Below are positions 16,590-26,195 of a stretch of 64,000 nucleotides of DNA, piece by piece. A model generated the notes under the pieces. The model made no database searches, was not told where the DNA came from, and saw only the letters and a list, made by a program, of their open reading frames with translations. A program made the translations under genes and the position numbers. How positions within the stretch are numbered: position 1 is the stretch's first letter; every line of letters begins with the position of its first letter. The stretch is taken from assembly GCA_965228735.1 (NCBI GenBank), contig OZ245838.1:6976001-7040000 (forward strand), read 5' to 3'. Source of the DNA: Planctomycetota bacterium (GTDB lineage Bacteria; Planctomycetota; UBA1135; UBA2386).

Positions 16590-18863
16590 TCACTTGCGGC
16601 GGCGGCGGTCGAGGCGGGCGCCTTGCGAGCGCTGTTCGTAGTCGGGCAGCACGTAGGCTTCGTCGGGCAGCGCCGCGAGCGCCTGATCGATCTCCTGCAC
16701 CATGTCGGTGAGGTCGGCGGCGGCCGCGCGGGCGCGGAGCTCGTCGCAGTTCTGCAGGCCCGTGCGGCTCAGGCCGTCGACCGCGGAGGTCGCGGCCGGA
16801 TTGATCTCGAACGCGCGCTTCATCGCGGCCCACGCGCCGACGAGGTCGCCGTAGCGCGTCTTGACCGCGCAGATGCCGTGGTGGGCGACGGCGAGGTAGT
16901 GCGTGCTGTCCGTGGCATGCGTGCCCGTCACTTCCTGGTAGTTCTGCAGGTGGGCGATCGCGCGCTCGTATGCCGCGACCGCTTCGGCCGTGCGATTGCG
17001 TGAGCGATGCGCTTCCGCCGCGACGAGCGCCGCGTAGCCCGCGAACCACGGCATCGTCTGCGGCGCCTCGCCGGCCGCGAGCCGCCGTTCGTACTCGGCC
17101 TCGAGCTTCTCCGGGCCGCCCTGCTTCAGCAGGCGCGCGCGCAGCCGTTCGTGCAGCAGCGCCGAGCCGGGGAAGCGCCGCAGGCCGCGATCGAGCACGG
17201 CGTCGGTCTGGGGCGTCCCGAAGAAGTCGAGGAAGTCGTAGTGGTACGCGAAGTGGCGGTCCTGTCCGAGCGGGTGCTTCTCGAGCACGGCGTAGGCCGC
17301 GTGCACGTCCGTCGTCCACTCCGGCGGCCATTCGGCCTGCTGCCGCACGGCCCGGACGATCGCGTTCTGGCGCGCCTCGGCGAACAGCGCGAGGAGCTCC
17401 ATCGCGAGCTGACCGGGCGCGTCCGGCGGCAGCTCGGGCGCCGCCTCGATCGCCAGATCCCACGCGCGCCTCTGGCTGCCCATGCGATTGCTGATGACCG
17501 CGCGGATCGCCGCGAGGCGCCAGCCGGCCGCGCCGGCCTCGGCCGCGGCGCGTGCTTTCTTGCCCGCGTCCTGCAGCAGCATGCGCTGGAAGCGCTGCGC
17601 CTGACGCTGTGCTCCCGGTCCGACGCCCGGCGTCGTCGACAGCGCTTGCAGGAGGCTCGCCTCGGCAACGTCGAGCAACGCTGTGGGATCCTGCGGATTC
17701 TCCGCGAGCTTCGCGTCGCGCTCCGTCGCGATCCTGGCGGCCTCGTCCGTCGTGTAGGCGCCGGAGTAGGCCGCGCCCTCGAGCACGGACTGCCACTTGC
17801 CGGTGTCGATCGCCGACTGCTGACTCGCCAGGCCGCGGTGTGCGGTCGCGAGCGTGCGCGCGCGCGTCGAGTCGCCGGCGAACTTGTCGAGTGCGCCGAC
17901 GAGTCTCTGGCGTTCGTCCTTCGGCAGCTGGGAGCGCAACGTGTCCGCGATGAGCTCGACCGTGCCCGGGTCCTTCGCCGCGGTCATCCCGAGGCGTGCC
18001 TTCTGCGCGAGCTCGGGGTCGGTGCCGTAGGCGGCGAGCCGCAGCAGCTCGACGGGAGCGTCCTCGCCGAGCTCGAGCGCGGCGTCGAGGATCGCCTTCT
18101 TCTGGTCCTGGTCCGCTTCCGCGAACGCCTGCTCCACCTCGGCGCGGTCCGCGCTGTCGCGACTCGCGACCTTCTCGAGCAGCGAACGGTCGCCTTTCAC
18201 GATCGGCTCGGGCTCGATCTCGCGGTCCTTGATGCCGTTGTCGAGCGAGTCGAGCACCGACTTGACGTCCCACGTGTAGAACACGTCGTAGACCTCGCTG
18301 CCGTCGAGTTCGACCATGATGTGGCGCGGCGAGATGCGCTTCCCGTCGAGGAACTTCTCGTAGACGATCGGCTCCATCGCGATGTGCTCGCCGCACGTCA
18401 CGCACCCGAGCCGCGGGCACGGAATGCGGCGGCCCTCGTCGTCGTAGTCGCGCGGGTTGTGGCGATAGACCGACGCGATCACGCACACGTACGGCTCGAA
18501 CAGCTTGCTGATCTCGGGGTCGCGATACCGGATGCCGGCGTAGTGCTCGCTCGCGATCTCGCCGTCCATGTTGACGCAGACGAGGATCGGCTTCTTGGTC
18601 TGTTGCGACAGGCGCACCGCGTCGTCCCAGGTGCGCTGCCACTGGATCGGCACGGGGCGCGCCCAGTCCTGCACTGTTGGCGCCGGCCACATGCGTTCGG
18701 GAACGAGGCCGGCGGGCTGTGGCACGCCTTCCTGCGCCGCGAGGCCCCCACCGGACATTGCAGCGGCCATCAGAGTGGCCATCACGGTGGCCAGCAGAGC
18801 TGCGGCGGTGGTGCGGCCGGAGAGTGTCGGGGACGTGGGCGTTCTGATCATCGGGTCTGGCAT
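16590..18863 (-). CDS. Exported protein with N-terminal thioredoxin-like domain and HEAT/TPR helical repeats, about 757 aa
   Basis: Signal/TM segment; WQRTWDDAVRLSQQTKKPILVCVN thioredoxin-like start; Cys cluster CPRLGCVTCGEH; helical repeats downstream; strong GC3 bias. Confidence 0.7.
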   Translation of the reverse strand: MPDPMIRTPTSPTLSGRTTAAALLATVMATLMAAAMSGGGLAAQEGVPQPAGLVPERMWPAPTVQDWARPVPIQWQRTWDDAVRLSQQTKKPILVCVNMDGEIASEHYAGIRYRDPEISKLFEPYVCVIASVYRHNPRDYDDEGRRIPCPRLGCVTCGEHIAMEPIVYEKFLDGKRISPRHIMVELDGSEVYDVFYTWDVKSVLDSLDNGIKDREIEPEPIVKGDRSLLEKVASRDSADRAEVEQAFAEADQDQKKAILDAALELGEDAPVELLRLAAYGTDPELAQKARLGMTAAKDPGTVELIADTLRSQLPKDERQRLVGALDKFAGDSTRARTLATAHRGLASQQSAIDTGKWQSVLEGAAYSGAYTTDEAARIATERDAKLAENPQDPTALLDVAEASLLQALSTTPGVGPGAQRQAQRFQRMLLQDAGKKARAAAEAGAAGWRLAAIRAVISNRMGSQRRAWDLAIEAAPELPPDAPGQLAMELLALFAEARQNAIVRAVRQQAEWPPEWTTDVHAAYAVLEKHPLGQDRHFAYHYDFLDFFGTPQTDAVLDRGLRRFPGSALLHERLRARLLKQGGPEKLEAEYERRLAAGEAPQTMPWFAGYAALVAAEAHRSRNRTAEAVAAYERAIAHLQNYQEVTGTHATDSTHYLAVAHHGICAVKTRYGDLVGAWAAMKRAFEINPAATSAVDGLSRTGLQNCDELRARAAAADLTDMVQEIDQALAALPDEAYVLPDYEQRSQGARLDRRRRK

Positions 18864-19076
18864 CTGGAAGCGCTCCAACGATAGCGACGGGTCGGCCGCG
18901 CGGCAGCCCGGGTGGGTCGCAATCCCGTCAGATCGAGGTCCCGGGCGAAAGGCCTGCGGACGGTCGTGATTTCCCGGAATCGGCATCGTTTCGCCGCGGC
19001 CTCGCTACACGAAGGTGGCGGCGGCCGCTGGCAGAGTCGTCGCCGTTTCATCGAGTCTGTTTCGGAGGTCGAGAGG

Positions 19077-19814
19077 ATGCGTTTTCTTCAGGACGTTTCG
19101 GTTGCGGTCGCAATGGTGGCGGGTGGTTCGGCGGTGGCGCAGGCGGTGACGGCGACGCCGTCGTACGAGGTGCCGCAGACCGAGCTGAAGTGGGAGCTGC
19201 TGAAGCCGCTCAAGTTCGACGATGCGAGCGTCGTCGAGATCCGGTTCAGCGGGCGGCCCGAGGGCTCGGAGTGCTCCGGCAAGGCCGGTCCCGCCGGTGA
19301 CGCCGAACCGGGCCCGGACCTCAAGGACGAGTTCGACGAGGACTGCGCGATGGGGTGGGTGCTGCACGTGCCGAACGCGGAGGACGCGATCGGCATGGCG
19401 CAGGTCTCGGGCTCCGTGGTTGCCGACATCGAGCAGGGCATCGGCAACGCGGCGGTCGGCGCGCGCGCGACGGGCAGCGTCAGCTACGCCGGCGTGCAGG
19501 CCGAGGCGACCGACCAGCAGTCGATCGCGATCGCTTCGGATGCCGCTCCGATCGGCGTCGGGGGCTCGGTGCAGATCATGGGCTCGGGCGCGGGGTTCTC
19601 GATCACCGTGACGCCCGATCGCCCGACGGCGCAGCGGCAGCGGCTCGCCGACGTCGACTCCAAGGGTTGGCGGCCGGCCAACTCGGCGACCGTTCTGCTC
19701 GAGGCCGTCACGGTCGGCAACATCAACCTGCAGGTCGGACCCGACGGCATGGCCTGCAAGGGTGAGGTCGCGGGTGAGGCCATGGCGGGCGCCTACGTGG
19801 CGTTCCGGCGGTAG
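19077..19814 (+). CDS. Hypothetical secreted beta-rich protein, 245 aa
   Basis: GGAGG/GAGAGG upstream of the ATG; signal peptide ending AVAQ. Confidence 0.72.
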   Translation: MRFLQDVSVAVAMVAGGSAVAQAVTATPSYEVPQTELKWELLKPLKFDDASVVEIRFSGRPEGSECSGKAGPAGDAEPGPDLKDEFDEDCAMGWVLHVPNAEDAIGMAQVSGSVVADIEQGIGNAAVGARATGSVSYAGVQAEATDQQSIAIASDAAPIGVGGSVQIMGSGAGFSITVTPDRPTAQRQRLADVDSKGWRPANSATVLLEAVTVGNINLQVGPDGMACKGEVAGEAMAGAYVAFRR

Positions 19815-19847
19815 GGACCGGAATCCCGCAACGGAGCCCGAACCGCG

Positions 19848-21281
19848 ATGCGAACAGCACGAGCGAGTTGGTCGGTGGCTCTCGGAGTCGCCGTTCTCGG
19901 GGCGCTCGGTGGCGCCCTGCTGGCGTTCTGGCCGACGGCCGGTGCGTCGGCCGTCGGCGAACCCGTCGCGAGCGGGGCGCGCGGAACGTCGACCGCGGCT
20001 GCAACCGTTGCAGCAGGCGGCGATGCCCTTGCCCCGGCAGTCGGGGTGCGCGAACGCGCGGTGGTGCCGCCGAGCCTGCGGCTCGTGACCAGGTCCGGGG
20101 TGACCGTGCCGGACGGCGCGGTCGAGCTGCGAGTCGGCGAGGGCGCCGACGTGCGGGTGATCGCCGCCACGCTGCTCGACTCCGAGGTCGTTGCGCCGGT
20201 CGATCTGCCGGTCGGGCCCGCGGTCGTGGCGTCGGCGGCCGAGCCACCGACGTTCGCCGACGTCGCCACCGAGTTGCAGAGCGGTGGGTGCGACGTGGTC
20301 GTCGTGCCGGTCGGGCGATTGCGGCTCCGCTGCGTCGATCTCGCTGGCCACGCGACCTCGCGTCATCGGCACGGCCTCGAGCTGCGGGCGATCGCGGCGA
20401 CGACGGTCGAGCGGTCGTCGCGCGGGCGCGCGCGCGACGGGGCGGCCGTGACGCGGGCGTTACGCGAGGCGGACTCGGCGGCGCTGCAGGACGGCGGTGT
20501 CGTGCCCGTCGACGCATCGGTGTGTGTGTTTGCCGCGGCGCGGAGCGTCGTGCGCATCGAGCCGCCGCACGGCAGCTGGTACGGCGTCGGGTTCGAGACC
20601 GACGGGTCGGTCGGTGCTCGAGCGCCGACCGTCGGCGGGGCGCGGTCGCCCGTCTCCGCGCCGATCGCGGGCGCCCCGGGCGAAGTGGTGGAGGTTCGTG
20701 TCGTGCTGGCCGAGCCCGGTGCGATCGAGGTGCGGTTGGATGGTTGGCCGACGGGCGCGACCGGGGTCACCGTGCGGCGTGAGGGGTTGGCTGGCGTCGA
20801 CGGCGCCTCCAACTCGTGGAGCATCGCGGCGGAGCGCCAGCTCGACGCGCGAGGGGGCGACGAGGTGCGGTTCGTCGACCTGGTGCCGGGACGCTATCGC
20901 GTGGACGCGGCGTGCCGGTCGGGTCGCGAAGTCACGTGTGCGTTGCTCGTGACGAGGGTCGAAGCCGGCGGCACCGCGGTGGTCGTGCTCGCGGACGGCA
21001 CCGGTCCGCACGAGGTGCGATTGCGGCGCGACGCGGGCCGATCGAGCGGGCAGCTCCTGCTCGCGATGAGTCCACCGAGGCCGCCTGGCGGCGACTCGCG
21101 CCGCCCGCCCCACACACCGGCGCTCACGGTCACGCTGCCGTTCCGCGACTGGGAGCCGGGCGAGTCGCTCACGATTCGCGGGCTGTGGCAGACCCGCGGC
21201 ACGGCCCACTGGTTCGACCGCGGCACGATGCCACGCGTCGAGTTCGATCTCGCGCGGGGCGTGAGCTGGGCCTTGCAATGA
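19848..21281 (+). CDS. Hypothetical membrane-anchored beta-sandwich protein (carboxypeptidase-regulatory-like repeats)
   Basis: N-terminal TM; motifs PVGRLRLRCVDLAG, PGAIEVRL, FVDLVPGRYRV. Confidence 0.62.
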   Translation: MRTARASWSVALGVAVLGALGGALLAFWPTAGASAVGEPVASGARGTSTAAATVAAGGDALAPAVGVRERAVVPPSLRLVTRSGVTVPDGAVELRVGEGADVRVIAATLLDSEVVAPVDLPVGPAVVASAAEPPTFADVATELQSGGCDVVVVPVGRLRLRCVDLAGHATSRHRHGLELRAIAATTVERSSRGRARDGAAVTRALREADSAALQDGGVVPVDASVCVFAAARSVVRIEPPHGSWYGVGFETDGSVGARAPTVGGARSPVSAPIAGAPGEVVEVRVVLAEPGAIEVRLDGWPTGATGVTVRREGLAGVDGASNSWSIAAERQLDARGGDEVRFVDLVPGRYRVDAACRSGREVTCALLVTRVEAGGTAVVVLADGTGPHEVRLRRDAGRSSGQLLLAMSPPRPPGGDSRRPPHTPALTVTLPFRDWEPGESLTIRGLWQTRGTAHWFDRGTMPRVEFDLARGVSWALQ

Positions 21282-21308
21282 CGCGGCCCCAGCCCGCTTC
21301 GACGACCG

Positions 21309-21704
21309 TCACCGCACGGACGCGTCGACCGCATCCATGGCGCGCACGACGTCACGGGCCCGCAGCGCGATGTCGCGGTCCTCGTGGTTGATGAGGAGTT
21401 CGACATCCGCGCGAATGCGGCGGGCCGGGGACGCGAGTTCGAGCAGGAACGCGAGGGCGCGGCGCATCCGCTCGCGATCGCCGCTCCGCAGCGCCTCGAG
21501 GTTGAGCGTGACGTCCAGGTCCGGCGTCACGGACGTCGATGCCGTCAGGCGCATGAACCACTCGATCGGTCCGAGCAGGCAGCCGAGCGGGCGGCGTCGC
21601 TCGATGCAGGGATAGGGCGTGCCGCAGACCGGGCAGTAGACGCATCCCGCGCGGCGCTCGTGTTCGCAGCCGGTCGCCGTCGGGTGGTCGTGGTCGGTCG
21701 GCAT
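21309..21704 (-). CDS. Small hypothetical protein with a Cys-rich (zinc-ribbon-like) N-terminus and HEAT-like C-terminus, 131 aa
   Basis: GCEH...CVYCPVCG motif; AGGA upstream of the ATG. Confidence 0.6.
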   Translation of the reverse strand: MPTDHDHPTATGCEHERRAGCVYCPVCGTPYPCIERRRPLGCLLGPIEWFMRLTASTSVTPDLDVTLNLEALRSGDRERMRRALAFLLELASPARRIRADVELLINHEDRDIALRARDVVRAMDAVDASVR

Positions 21705-21738
21705 CGTCGTCCTGAGCGAGTGCGATGGCGTGGCCGCA

Positions 21739-23079
21739 CTATTGCGGGAGGCCGCCGCCCTGGCCGCGCAGGACATCCGTGGCGACGCCGCGTTGGCGCG
21801 CGATCGTCGTCGCGTCGCCGTCGACGAGCACCTCGACCGGCGTCGGGTGACTCAGGAAGCCGGTCGGGCTGTAGCTCGAGCCGTAGGCTCCGGCGTGCAG
21901 CACCGCGATCAGATCACCGGCCTGGAGCTTCGGCAACTCGACCGCCTTGCCGAACTCGTCGGCGGGCGTGCATAGCGGACCGCCGATCGTGACAAGTTCA
22001 CGACCGGACCCGTTCCCGTCGGTCCCGCGCACGTCGGTCGCGTGCACGAGCAGTGGGGGGCGTCGCAAGACGGCGCCGAGGCCCGCCGCCACGGCGCAAT
22101 GGTGCATGCCGCCGTCGATGACGACGTGCTGCCGATCGCCGCTCCGCTTGGTTCGCACGACGCGCGCGACGTAGACGCCGGCCGGCGCGACGAGATAGCG
22201 TCCGAGCTCGACGAACCAGCGGCGGCCGGGACGGTCGTGCACGGCGAGGATCTCCTGCACGCCGCGCCCCGCAGCGGCGAGGTCGAACTCGGGGTCGCCC
22301 GCGTAGGTCGCGATGCCGAAGCCGCCGCCGAGGTCGATCTCATCGAGCGGGACCCCGAGGTCGCGTTCCCAGGTGGCGGCGCGATCCGTGAGCAGGCGGG
22401 CGTGGGCCACGAACGACTCGGCCTCGAAGCCCTGGGTCCCGGCGTAGACGTGCAGGCCGCGAGCGCTGAGTCGCGGCGCGTCGACGATCGCGCGCAGCGC
22501 GACGGGCACCTGATCCTCGTCGATACCGAAGCGGCTGCTCTTGCCGCTCATGCGCATGCGCGAGCCCTGCAGTTCGTGCGGCAGATTGACGCGCACGGCG
22601 ACGCCGACCTCGCGATCGTGCCGCGCGGCTGCTGCCGCGACGAGTTCGATCTCGTCGAGCGACTCGACGTGGAAGTAGCCGAGGCCGAGCTCGACCGCGG
22701 CGTCCACCTCGGCCGCCGTCTTGCCCGGACCCGCGAAGCGCAGCTCCGCCGCGGCGTGACCCGCGGCCAGGGCGACGTGCAGTTCGCCGAGCGACGCGAC
22801 CTCCGCGCCGACGCCGCGCTGGCGCAGGCGCTCGGCGACGGCGACGAGCGGATTGCTCTTGATCGAGAACAGCAGCTCGACGCGCGGCCCGAGTGCCGTG
22901 CGGACGGCCGCGACGCGCCGATCGAACGCGCCAGCGTCGTAGAAGTAGCCAGGCGTGCCGAACTCCGCGGCGAGTTCGCGGACGCTGCGATTGCCGACGT
23001 GCAGCTCCGCGGAATCCGGGCCGTCGACCGACAGCCCTCGCAGGGCCCGGTCGCAGTCCGCGGCGTAGTCGGCACTCAT
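21739..23079 (-). CDS. Fold-type III PLP-dependent decarboxylase (LysA superfamily, BtrK/exosortase-A-associated type)
   Basis: FSIKSNP (PLP Lys), GPGKT, MSGKSSRFGID, DLGGGFG, ELGRYLV, DGGMHH, GPLCTPAD, GAYG..YSPTGFLSHP. Confidence 0.85.
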   Translation of the reverse strand: MSADYAADCDRALRGLSVDGPDSAELHVGNRSVRELAAEFGTPGYFYDAGAFDRRVAAVRTALGPRVELLFSIKSNPLVAVAERLRQRGVGAEVASLGELHVALAAGHAAAELRFAGPGKTAAEVDAAVELGLGYFHVESLDEIELVAAAAARHDREVGVAVRVNLPHELQGSRMRMSGKSSRFGIDEDQVPVALRAIVDAPRLSARGLHVYAGTQGFEAESFVAHARLLTDRAATWERDLGVPLDEIDLGGGFGIATYAGDPEFDLAAAGRGVQEILAVHDRPGRRWFVELGRYLVAPAGVYVARVVRTKRSGDRQHVVIDGGMHHCAVAAGLGAVLRRPPLLVHATDVRGTDGNGSGRELVTIGGPLCTPADEFGKAVELPKLQAGDLIAVLHAGAYGSSYSPTGFLSHPTPVEVLVDGDATTIARQRGVATDVLRGQGGGLPQ

Positions 23080-23200
23080 GGGCGGGATCATGCCGGAGGG
23101 GGCGCCCGTTCGCCCAATTCCTTCGGCCCAGTTCCTTCCGCCCGATTCCTTCCGCCCGTTTCCTTCCTAGGGGCGTTCGCGCATGCGATCATCCAGCGCG

Positions 23201-23620
23201 ATGACCGGTTCTCCGATCGACGACGAGGCGCTGGCGCGGCTCGCGGCGGCCGCGCGGCAGGTGCAGGCCAACGCCTACGCGCCGGCTTCGCGGTTCCGGG
23301 TCGGCGCCGCGGTGCTGACGGCCGACGGCCAGCAGTTCGTCGGCTGCAACGTCGAGAACGCGAGCTACGGCCTCACGGTCTGTGCCGAACGATCCGCGGT
23401 CAGCGCGGCCGTCGCGGCCGGCGCGCGCGAGCTGGTCGCGGTCGCCGTGGTCACGGATCTCGACGATCCGGGCCGGCCGTGCGGCGCCTGCCGGCAGGTG
23501 CTCGCCGAGTTCGGCCCGACGATGCGCGTGGTGTTGCTCGGCAACGGTGCTTCCCGGATCGACACGAGCCTCGACGTGCTGCTCCCGGACCCGTTCACGT
23601 TCGACGGACTCGGAAGTTAG
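23201..23620 (+). CDS. cdd: Cytidine deaminase (homotetrameric type)
   Basis: AYAPASRFRVGAA, NVENASYGLTVCAER, PCGACRQ. Confidence 0.96.
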   Translation: MTGSPIDDEALARLAAAARQVQANAYAPASRFRVGAAVLTADGQQFVGCNVENASYGLTVCAERSAVSAAVAAGARELVAVAVVTDLDDPGRPCGACRQVLAEFGPTMRVVLLGNGASRIDTSLDVLLPDPFTFDGLGS

Positions 23621-23689
23621 ACCGTCGGCGCGCCGTTCTCCGGCGCGCTGTCGACACGACCGCGCACGGGTGGCACGATCGCAGGTTCG

Positions 23690-24604
23690 ATGTCCCGTTC
23701 TTCGACCCCCGTCGAGTTCCGTGTGCCGCCCGTCGACGCGGTCGCGCTCGAGACGCGCGCGCAGGCGCTCGCGACCCGCTCGATCAAGAAGCAGGCCAAG
23801 ATCGACGGGCTGCGGTTCGCGATCTCGATGATGGACCTGACGACGCTCGAGGGCATGGACTCGCCGGGCAAGGTGCGGCAGCTGTGCCAGAAGGCGATGC
23901 GGCCGTTGCCCGGTGCTGGTGGCGTCGACGTACCGGCGTGCGCCGCGGTCTGCGTCTACCCGGATCTCGTGCGCGAGGCGGTCGCCGCGGTGGGCACGAG
24001 CGGGGTCGCCGTCGCGTCGGTCGCGACCGGCTTCCCGGCCGGGCGCATCGATCTCGCGTTCAAGCTCGCGGAGGTCGAACGGGCGGTGGCGGACGGTGCG
24101 ACCGAGATCGACATGGTGATCGACCGCGGCGCGTTCCTCAGCGGGCGCTACGGCGACGTCTACGAGGAGATCTGCGCGACCAAGGCGGCGTGCGGGCCGG
24201 CGCACCTCAAGGTCATCCTCGAGACCGGTGAGCTCAGGACCTACGACAACATCCGCCGCGCGTGTCGCATCGCGCTGCTCGCGGGTGCCGACTTCATCAA
24301 GACCAGCACGGGCAAGGTCAAGCCGGCGAGCACGCTGCCCGTCGTGCTGCTGATGCTCGAGGCCGTCCGCGATCACTTCCTCGAGACGGGCACGATCGTC
24401 GGGGTGAAGGCCGCCGGTGGGATCCGCACGAGCAAGGACGCGCTGCGCTACCTCGTGCTCGTGAACGAGACGTGCGGCGATCGCTGGATGACGCCGGACC
24501 ATTTCCGCTTCGGAGCCAGTTCGCTGCTCAACGACGTGCTGATGCAGCTCGAGAAGGAACGCACCGGCAGCTACCAGCGACCCGTCGACTTCAGCGCGGA
24601 CTGA
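23690..24604 (+). CDS. deoC: Deoxyribose-phosphate aldolase
   Basis: MDLTTLEG, SVATGFPAG, EIDMVI, KVILETGEL, DFIKTSTGK, GVKAAGGIR, FRFGASSLL. Confidence 0.97.
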   Translation: MSRSSTPVEFRVPPVDAVALETRAQALATRSIKKQAKIDGLRFAISMMDLTTLEGMDSPGKVRQLCQKAMRPLPGAGGVDVPACAAVCVYPDLVREAVAAVGTSGVAVASVATGFPAGRIDLAFKLAEVERAVADGATEIDMVIDRGAFLSGRYGDVYEEICATKAACGPAHLKVILETGELRTYDNIRRACRIALLAGADFIKTSTGKVKPASTLPVVLLMLEAVRDHFLETGTIVGVKAAGGIRTSKDALRYLVLVNETCGDRWMTPDHFRFGASSLLNDVLMQLEKERTGSYQRPVDFSAD

Positions 24605-24634
24605 CCGCGGTCGCCGATACCTACGAGACGAATC

Positions 24635-26191
24635 ATGCCGAAAGAGATCGAACAGGTGGGCGACGTGGCGGCCGGGTCGGATCGTCAAGAGCTGACGTTC
24701 GGCGGCCGCTGGTCCTACGCGGCCGCACCCGAGGGCACCGATCATTTCGAGATCGCACCGCGCTACGACTTGTTCCTCGGTGGCGAGTTCGTGCGCCCCA
24801 AAGGTGGGGGAGGCTCGGGCAAGAAGGGCGCGGCGAGAACGGCGAGTCACTTCGCGACGATCAACCCGAGCACCGAAGAACCGCTGAGCGAGGTTGCCCA
24901 GGCCGGCAGCAAGGACGTCGACGCGGCCGTCGCGGCGGCGCGCAAGGCGCTGCCGGGTTGGAAGCGCAAGTCGGGTGACGAACGCGCGCGCTACCTGTTC
25001 CGGATCGCGCGCATCCTGCAGGAACGGGCGCGCGAGTTCGCCGTCCTCGAGACGCTCGACAACGGCAAGCCGATCGCGGAGACGCGCGACGTCGACGTGC
25101 CGCTCGCGGCGCAACACTTCTTCTACCACGCGGGCTGGGCCGACAAACTCGATCTGCTGTTCCCGGGTCAGTCGCCGGAGCCGATCGGCGTCATCGGGCA
25201 GATCATTCCGTGGAACTTCCCGCTGCTCATGGCCGCGTGGAAGATCGCGCCGGCGCTTGCCGGCGGCAACACGGTCGTGCTCAAGCCGGCGGAGACGTCG
25301 CCGCTGACCGCGCTGCGCCTGTGCGAGGTGCTGCAGCAGGCCGAGCTGCCGCCGGGCGTCGTGAACGTGATCACGGGCGATGGCTCGACGGGTGCGGCGT
25401 TGGCGCGACACGAGGGCCTCGACAAGGTCGCATTCACCGGCAGCACGGAGGTCGGCAAGTCGATCCAGCAGGCGGTGGCCGGGCGCGGCGTCGACCTCAC
25501 GCTCGAGCTCGGCGGCAAGGCGGCCAACATCGTGTTCGAGGACGCGGCGATCGATCAGGCGGTCGAGGGCATCGTGCGCGGCATCTTCTTCAATCAGGGC
25601 CACGTGTGCTGCGCGGGCTCGCGGCTGCTCGTGCAGGAGAGCGTGCACGACCTGCTCATGGACAAGCTGCGGCGGCGCATGCAGCGCATTCGCGTCGGCG
25701 ACCCGCTCGACAAGAACACCGACATGGGCGCCATCCACTCGGCGGCGCAGCTCGCCCGGATCCGGGAGCTGTGCGACGCCGGCGTCGCGGAGGGCGCGAC
25801 GCGTCACCAGAGCGAGTGCGCCCTGCCGGAGCGCGGCTTCTGGTTCCCGCCGACGGTGTTCACCGATGTCGCGCTGAGCCATCGCATCGCGCGCGAGGAG
25901 ATCTTCGGTCCGGTGCTCAGCGTGCTCACGTTCCGCACGCCGGAAGAAGCGGTGGAGAAGGCCAACAACACGAGCTATGGCCTGTCCGCCGGCATCTGGA
26001 CGGACAAGGGCGCGCGCATCCTGTGGCTCGCCGACCGCATCCGCGCCGGCGTCGTCTGGAACAACACGTTCAACCGCTTCGACGCGGCCTCGCCGTTCGG
26101 CGGCTTCAAGGACAGCGGCTTCGGCCGCGAGGGCGGCCGGCAGGGGATGCGGGCCTACGTGCGGCTGCCCGGTGGGTTGAGCGCCGGCTGA
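24635..26191 (+). CDS. Aldehyde dehydrogenase (complete catalytic subunit)
   Basis: IIPWNFP, LKPAE, FTGSTEVG, LELGGK, FNQGHVCCAGS, EEIFGPV, PFGGFKDSG. Confidence 0.96.
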   Translation: MPKEIEQVGDVAAGSDRQELTFGGRWSYAAAPEGTDHFEIAPRYDLFLGGEFVRPKGGGGSGKKGAARTASHFATINPSTEEPLSEVAQAGSKDVDAAVAAARKALPGWKRKSGDERARYLFRIARILQERAREFAVLETLDNGKPIAETRDVDVPLAAQHFFYHAGWADKLDLLFPGQSPEPIGVIGQIIPWNFPLLMAAWKIAPALAGGNTVVLKPAETSPLTALRLCEVLQQAELPPGVVNVITGDGSTGAALARHEGLDKVAFTGSTEVGKSIQQAVAGRGVDLTLELGGKAANIVFEDAAIDQAVEGIVRGIFFNQGHVCCAGSRLLVQESVHDLLMDKLRRRMQRIRVGDPLDKNTDMGAIHSAAQLARIRELCDAGVAEGATRHQSECALPERGFWFPPTVFTDVALSHRIAREEIFGPVLSVLTFRTPEEAVEKANNTSYGLSAGIWTDKGARILWLADRIRAGVVWNNTFNRFDAASPFGGFKDSGFGREGGRQGMRAYVRLPGGLSAG

Positions 26192-26195
26192 GCCC

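Noticed and set aside
18380..18425. c-type heme site in CVTCGEH
   Set aside because: The motif is CxxCxxH, not CxxCH.
21739..23079. Assigning the symbol lysA
   Set aside because: The motifs fit the BtrK/exosortase-associated subfamily better, and the substrate is uncertain.
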